Of a stretch of 44,171 nt of DNA, positions 39,953-44,171 are shown piece after piece. The translations under genes and the position numbers were made by a program. Source of the DNA: a virus. Position 1 is the first letter of the stretch. Each line of letters opens with the position of its first letter. The notes beneath the pieces are model-generated. The model searched no databases, had not been told where the DNA came from, and was given only the letters and a program-made list of their open reading frames with translations. Location of the stretch: IMG/VR virus record IMGVR_UViG_3300027017_000001, one strand, 5' to 3'.

Positions 39953-40003
39953 GGCGCGACACTTTTCGAGAATCAGCAAATTGTGTCGCGACACGGAGGG
40001 GGA

Positions 40004-40627
40004 ATGGATAGGCCAATGCCTCCTGCGTCATTGCTCGAGCTTTCCGAGTTATTTGATTTCGGAATACGCCTGACTCCCGCTCCCGAAGTGTGGGGGTGGC
40101 TCCAAGCCGAGATCCTCGCCGACACCGGCAGCATCCACAACGAAGACCACGCTCACCTGCTGGATGCAGACATCCGGGTCATGTGGGCGTCGTCGAGCTT
40201 CAACAAGCAGGGTCGCACAGTCTTGGGCCAAGCCGAGCAGGTAGCGTTCCGCGCCGGCGGTTGGCAGAAAGCCCGGATGGAACAGCAGATGCGTGACTGG
40301 TTCGGCGAGGTGCCGGCTTTCATCATCACCTTGGCTGCTGACTACTGCGCCCAGTGCAGCGATGAAGAGTTCTGCGCCCTGGTGGAGCATGAGCTTTACC
40401 ACCTGGCCCACGCCAAAGACAAATACGGTCAGCCAGCATTCACCAAGGAAGGCGCACCCAAGATCGAGATGCGTGGCCACGATGTCGAGGAGTTTGTCGG
40501 CGTGGTCCGGCGCTACGGTGCGAGCCCTGATGTCCAGGCGCTGGTGGACGCTGCAAACAATCCTGCCGAGGTGGGGAAATTGAACATATCGAGGGCCTGC
40601 GGAACCTGTCTGCTCAAGTCGGCCTGA
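40004..40627 (+). CDS. Putative phage metallopeptidase (HExxH)
   Basis: ATG 40004 follows GGAGGGGGA. The motif is VEHELYHLAH. This is a position commonly conserved upstream of terminase genes. Confidence 0.6.
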   Translation: MDRPMPPASLLELSELFDFGIRLTPAPEVWGWLQAEILADTGSIHNEDHAHLLDADIRVMWASSSFNKQGRTVLGQAEQVAFRAGGWQKARMEQQMRDWFGEVPAFIITLAADYCAQCSDEEFCALVEHELYHLAHAKDKYGQPAFTKEGAPKIEMRGHDVEEFVGVVRRYGASPDVQALVDAANNPAEVGKLNISRACGTCLLKSA

Positions 40628-40658
40628 TTCTGGACAGGCTCTGGACGGATGAAAATCT

Positions 40659-41141
40659 ATGGCAGCCCTTCAAAACGACGTGAAGGCCTTTATCGTTCAG
40701 GCCCTGGCGTGCTTTGACACGCCTTCACAGGTTGTTGAAGCCGTCCAAAAGGAATATGGGATCACGGTGACCCGCCAACAGGTGGAGACTCACGACCCGA
40801 CCAAGACATCAGGCAAAGGCCTGGCAGCCAAGTGGCAAATCCTTTTCCACGACACCCGCAAGCGGTTTCGCGAAGAGACAGCGGAGATCCCGATCGCCAA
40901 CCGTGCGTTCCGGTTGCGAGCCTTGAATCGCTTTGTGGAGAGGGCAGAAACGACCAAGAATATCGGTCTTGCGTTGCAGATCCTGGAGCAAGCCGCGAAA
41001 GAAATGGGTAGCGCTTACAGCAACAAGCACAAGCTTGAGCACAGCGGCCCAGGCGGCGGCCCAGTCCAATCTATTTCAACGGTTACCTCAGATCCCGTAG
41101 AAGCTTCGCGGATCTATCACGACCTGATGTCGGGCGAATAA
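40659..41141 (+). CDS. Terminase small subunit (DUF2280-like)
   Basis: 160 aa directly upstream of TerL. The N-terminal HTH-like region resembles DUF2280. Confidence 0.65.
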   Translation: MAALQNDVKAFIVQALACFDTPSQVVEAVQKEYGITVTRQQVETHDPTKTSGKGLAAKWQILFHDTRKRFREETAEIPIANRAFRLRALNRFVERAETTKNIGLALQILEQAAKEMGSAYSNKHKLEHSGPGGGPVQSISTVTSDPVEASRIYHDLMSGE

Positions 41142-41142
41142 A

Positions 41143-42738
41143 GTGCCAATACCATTTGCGTTTGACTTCAAAAAACCGGACTACATTCAGGTTTTCGAGT
41201 GGCGCACTGAGCGGCTAGAGCGAATTCGCCGTAACCCTTCGGTGCTTCCGGCGCTGAGAGAGTTCTACCGTGAAAATCCAGCCCAGTTCATTATCGACTG
41301 GGGCATGACGGCCGACCCGCGCAACGTTGAGCGCGGCCTGCCTGCATCGATTCCGTTCCTATTGTTCCCGAAGCAGGAAGAATGGATTGAGTGGTTCATG
41401 GAGCGCTGGCGCAACCAAGAGCCCGGCATCACCGAGAAGACCCGCGACATGGGTATGTCATGGCTGACTATCGGCCTGGCATCGACGGTATGCATGTTCA
41501 ATAGCGGCTTTGTGGTTGGGTTTGGCTCCCGCAAGGAGGAATACGTCGACAAAATCGGTTCGCCAAAATCTCTGTTCGACAAGGCGCGCACATTCATGCG
41601 CCTGCTGCCCAGGGAGTTCCGAGGCACCTGGGACGATCGAAAGCACGCGCCGCACATGCGCATCCTGTTCCCTGATACCGGCTCGGTGATCACTGGCGAG
41701 TCAGGTGACGGCATTGGCCGTGGCGACCGGACCAGCTTCTACATCGTGGACGAGTCGGCATTCCTTGAGCGTCCTCAGTTGGTCGATGCCTCATTGTCGG
41801 CAACCACTAACTGCCGGCAGGACATCAGTACGCCAAACGGCATGGGCAACTCGTTCGCCCAGCGCCGGCACAGCGGCAAGATCAAGGTGTTCACGTTTCA
41901 CTGGCGCGATGATCCGCGCAAGGATGATGCCTGGTACGAGAAGCAGGTCAACGACCTTGACCCCGTCACCGTAGCCCAAGAGATCGACATCAACTACGCG
42001 GCTTCGGTTGAGGGAGTTGTCATCCCATCGGCCTGGGTGCAGGCAGCCATAGGCGCGCACCTGAAGCTTGGCATTGAGCCGACAGGTATGCGCCGCGGTG
42101 GTCTCGACGTCGCGGACGAGGGCATCGACAAGAACGCCTTCGCTGGCCGCCATGGCTTCCTGCTGGACTTTCTTGAGTCCTGGTCAGGAAAGGGCGGCGA
42201 TATCTACGCCACCGTGGTCAAGGCGTTCTCAATCTGCGATGAGCGCCGGTATGAGACATTCGACTACGATGCCGACGGCCTGGGCGCCGGAGTGCGCGGT
42301 GATGCTCGGGTGATCAACGAGCTACGTCATGAGCAGGGTATCCAGCAGATCAACGACCAGCCGTTTCGCGGTTCCGGTGGCGTGCATGACCCCGAAGGAC
42401 AGATGGTCAAGGAGCGCCTGAACAAGGACTTCTTCGCAAACGCCAAGGCTCAGGCCTGGTGGGCGCTTCGCATGCGGTTCCAGGCAACCTACCGGGCCGT
42501 GGTTGAAGGAATGGCGTTCGATCCGGACGAGTTGATTTCGATATCGCCGGACTTGGCTGAGCTGCCGCTCCTGACCATGGAGCTCTCGCAGCCCACTTAC
42601 ACAATCAACGCCGTGGGCAAGGTCGTCATCGACAAGGCACCCGAGGGCACTAAATCACCAAACCTCGCTGACTCCGTGATGATTTGTTATCAGCCGGCGG
42701 CCAGGTCCATCGATATCTGGAAGAGACTCGCAGAATGA
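41143..42738 (+). CDS. Terminase large subunit
   Basis: 531 aa with a GTG start. A Walker B-like FYIVDESAF is present. A C-terminal nuclease-like half is followed by the portal gene with an ATGA overlap. Confidence 0.85.
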   Translation: MPIPFAFDFKKPDYIQVFEWRTERLERIRRNPSVLPALREFYRENPAQFIIDWGMTADPRNVERGLPASIPFLLFPKQEEWIEWFMERWRNQEPGITEKTRDMGMSWLTIGLASTVCMFNSGFVVGFGSRKEEYVDKIGSPKSLFDKARTFMRLLPREFRGTWDDRKHAPHMRILFPDTGSVITGESGDGIGRGDRTSFYIVDESAFLERPQLVDASLSATTNCRQDISTPNGMGNSFAQRRHSGKIKVFTFHWRDDPRKDDAWYEKQVNDLDPVTVAQEIDINYAASVEGVVIPSAWVQAAIGAHLKLGIEPTGMRRGGLDVADEGIDKNAFAGRHGFLLDFLESWSGKGGDIYATVVKAFSICDERRYETFDYDADGLGAGVRGDARVINELRHEQGIQQINDQPFRGSGGVHDPEGQMVKERLNKDFFANAKAQAWWALRMRFQATYRAVVEGMAFDPDELISISPDLAELPLLTMELSQPTYTINAVGKVVIDKAPEGTKSPNLADSVMICYQPAARSIDIWKRLAE

Positions 42739-44171
42739 GCAGAAAGCATCAGATGAGCGCTCGAGCTGCGAAGGTCAACCAGCAGACCGACGCCGCCAGA
42801 AAGTCGTTCATGACGAACGACAGCTTCCAAAACTTCACGGCGCGCGTTGGGTTGGGAACCGCCAACCAGAACAGCGCGAGTGGTTACGGATTCAGCTTTG
42901 TCAGCCGCAACCGCATCCAGATGGAGGCTGTCTATCGGTCCAGCTGGTTGGCTGGGCGCGCTGTCGACGTTCGCGCCAAAGACATGACGCGGGAAGGCAT
43001 TGAATTCAACTCGATCATGCCGCCGGATGAGAAGGACAAGCTGTCTCGCGCCTTTGAGCGGCTGCAAATCTGGAAAGGCCTGTGTGACAACGAGAAATGG
43101 TCGCGCCTCTACGGTGGCTCGATCGCCGTGATGCTGATCGATGGCCAGCGCCCTGAAACACCGCTGCGCCTGGATACGATCGGCCCCGGCCAGTTCAAAG
43201 GATTGCTGGTGCTTGACCGCTGGCTCGTTCAGCCGTCGCTGGAGAACCTGGTCACTGAATACGGTCCCGACCTCGGAAAGCCGAAGTATTACACCGTGGT
43301 GGCCGATGCTCAGGCGCTGATCAACCAGAAGATTCACTACAGCCGCGTGATTCGCCGGGAAGGCGTCGAGCTGCCGTACTGGCAGCGCATCGCTGAGAAC
43401 GGATGGGGTCAGTCGGTGCTGGAGCGTCTATGGGATCGGCTTGTCGCGTTCGACAGCGTCACCCAAGGCACCGCACAGCTGGTCTACAAGGCCCACCTGC
43501 GGACCTATTCAGTCGAGAAGCTGCGAGAGTTGATCGCTACAGGTGGCCGATCCTATGAGGCGCTTCTGAAGCAGATCGACATGATCCGCCAGTTCCAGAG
43601 CAACGAGGGGATGACCCTCATGGATTCGACGGACAAGTTTGAGGCGCATCAGTACAACTTCAGTGGTCTGGATGCCGTCATCGACAAGTTCGGAGAGCAG
43701 GTATGTGGTGCGCTTGAAACTCCGGCGGCAATTCTCTTTGGGCAATCCCCTGGCGGCCTCAATGGCAGCTCAGAGGAAGAGATCAGGATCTACTACGACG
43801 GCGTGAAGGCAGACCAAGATTCGGCATTGCGCCCGGGCGTTACGACGCTTTGTGACGTGATCTGCCGGTCTGAGATGGGCAAGCCGCTACCTGATGGCTT
43901 CGCGTTCGACTTCGTGCCGCTTTGGCAGCTCAGCGATACCGAAAAGGCAGAGATCGGAAGCAAGGACACCATTTCAGTGGTGTCGGCGTTCGATTCCGGC
44001 ATTGTCGACCGTGGTACCGCGCTCAAAGAGCTGCGCCAGTCCAGCAATACCACCGGGCTGTGGTCGAACATCACGGACGACGAAATCAAGGCGGCCGAAG
44101 AAGAACCACCACCAGTCCCTGGCGAAAAGGACCTGATCGATGCGCCTGAAAACCCGGGACAAGAAGCGAAG
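42735..44171 (+). CDS. Portal protein (DUF1073-like), runs off the window end and finishes at 145-147 via the circular junction
   Basis: ATG 42735 overlaps the TerL stop. I found no in-frame stop where I read this frame (first ~20 codons from 42735 and the junction region; the rest not read codon by codon), and no portal-frame + ORF ending in the window appears in the track. The total is 486 aa when joined. It is absent from the ORF track because no stop is present in the window. Confidence 0.85.
   Translation, partial: MSRKHQMSARAAKVNQQTDAARKSFMTNDSFQNFTARVGLGTANQNSASGYGFSFVSRNRIQMEAVYRSSWLAGRAVDVRAKDMTREGIEFNSIMPPDEKDKLSRAFERLQIWKGLCDNEKWSRLYGGSIAVMLIDGQRPETPLRLDTIGPGQFKGLLVLDRWLVQPSLENLVTEYGPDLGKPKYYTVVADAQALINQKIHYSRVIRREGVELPYWQRIAENGWGQSVLERLWDRLVAFDSVTQGTAQLVYKAHLRTYSVEKLRELIATGGRSYEALLKQIDMIRQFQSNEGMTLMDSTDKFEAHQYNFSGLDAVIDKFGEQVCGALETPAAILFGQSPGGLNGSSEEEIRIYYDGVKADQDSALRPGVTTLCDVICRSEMGKPLPDGFAFDFVPLWQLSDTEKAEIGSKDTISVVSAFDSGIVDRGTALKELRQSSNTTGLWSNITDDEIKAAEEEPPPVPGEKDLIDAPENPGQEAK
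44049..44171. repeat. Terminal overlap, copy 2 (identical to 1-123)
   Basis: Same comparison as copy 1. The reading frame of the portal ORF is preserved across the junction. Confidence 0.95.

Larger units (their letters stand above)
1..44171. mobile_element. Complete temperate contractile-tailed phage genome (circular map, excised form)
   Basis: Contiguous packaging, head, tail, lysis, integration, recombination, immunity, replication and late-control modules are all present. The ends overlap by 123 bp. int lies next to an uninterrupted intergenic region, consistent with attP. Confidence 0.9.

Noticed and set aside
39955-39994. Inverted and direct repeat CGCGACAC ... GTGTCGCGACAC between the second TM gene and the metallopeptidase gene
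   Set aside because: It has only an 8-bp stem with a 20-nt loop, directly overlapping the RBS and start region. That is too weak to call a terminator or operator without conservation data.
1-44171. Search for CRISPR arrays, rRNA or tRNA genes, transposase or IS elements, reverse transcriptase (retron/DGR) and toxin-antitoxin pairs
   Set aside because: No regularly spaced direct repeats, cloverleaf-capable segments, DDE/RT motifs or recognisable TA families were seen by eye. This is absence of evidence from manual reading only.

Overview
The window is a complete, circularly closed genome of a temperate phage with a contractile tail. Bases 1-123 are identical to 44049-44171, so the unique length is about 44,048 bp and the portal gene wraps across the junction. 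An integrase lies next to an uninterrupted attP-side intergenic region, so this is the excised or virion form and not an integrated prophage. Hand-counted lines give about 60% G+C; together with PrtN-like and D3-style acetylase genes this suggests a Pseudomonas-type host (inference). Gene order: portal C-terminus, MuF-like protein, scaffold, capsid and head-tail genes (1-5.7 kb); sheath, tube, chaperone with a -1 frameshift, tape measure, baseplate and fibre (5.7-16.6 kb); a low-GC acyltransferase moron; endolysin and spanins; attP, int and a PrtN/Xis-like gene (19-20.8 kb); a leftward early operon (20.9-31.9 kb) carrying a PAPS-reductase-like gene, an SPFH pair, DUF1566-like paralogs, SSB, an ExoX-like exonuclease, Erf and many coupled small ORFs; a lambda-like immunity region (cI flanked by six operator repeats, PL, PR, cro); a rightward early operon (two RHH-like genes, Rha, an O-like replication gene with internal iterons, DnaC-like, Ea22-like, NinB, NinG, Q-like); a late leader with twin terminators; two holin-like genes; an HExxH peptidase; TerS; TerL; portal. 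No tRNA, rRNA or CRISPR array was seen. The best candidates for undescribed biology are: (1) a phage-borne SPFH/Band-7 lipoprotein translationally coupled to a small membrane partner in the PL operon; (2) a reverse-strand secreted-protein moron inside the baseplate block; (3) a small acidic ORF boxed between two near-identical terminators in the late leader; (4) a long structured PL leader with an Arg-rich micro-ORF, together with intrinsic terminators inside both early operons; (5) a lone PP-loop/Fe-S PAPS-reductase (DndC/SspD-like) gene. All family names come from motif recognition by eye and need HMM confirmation.
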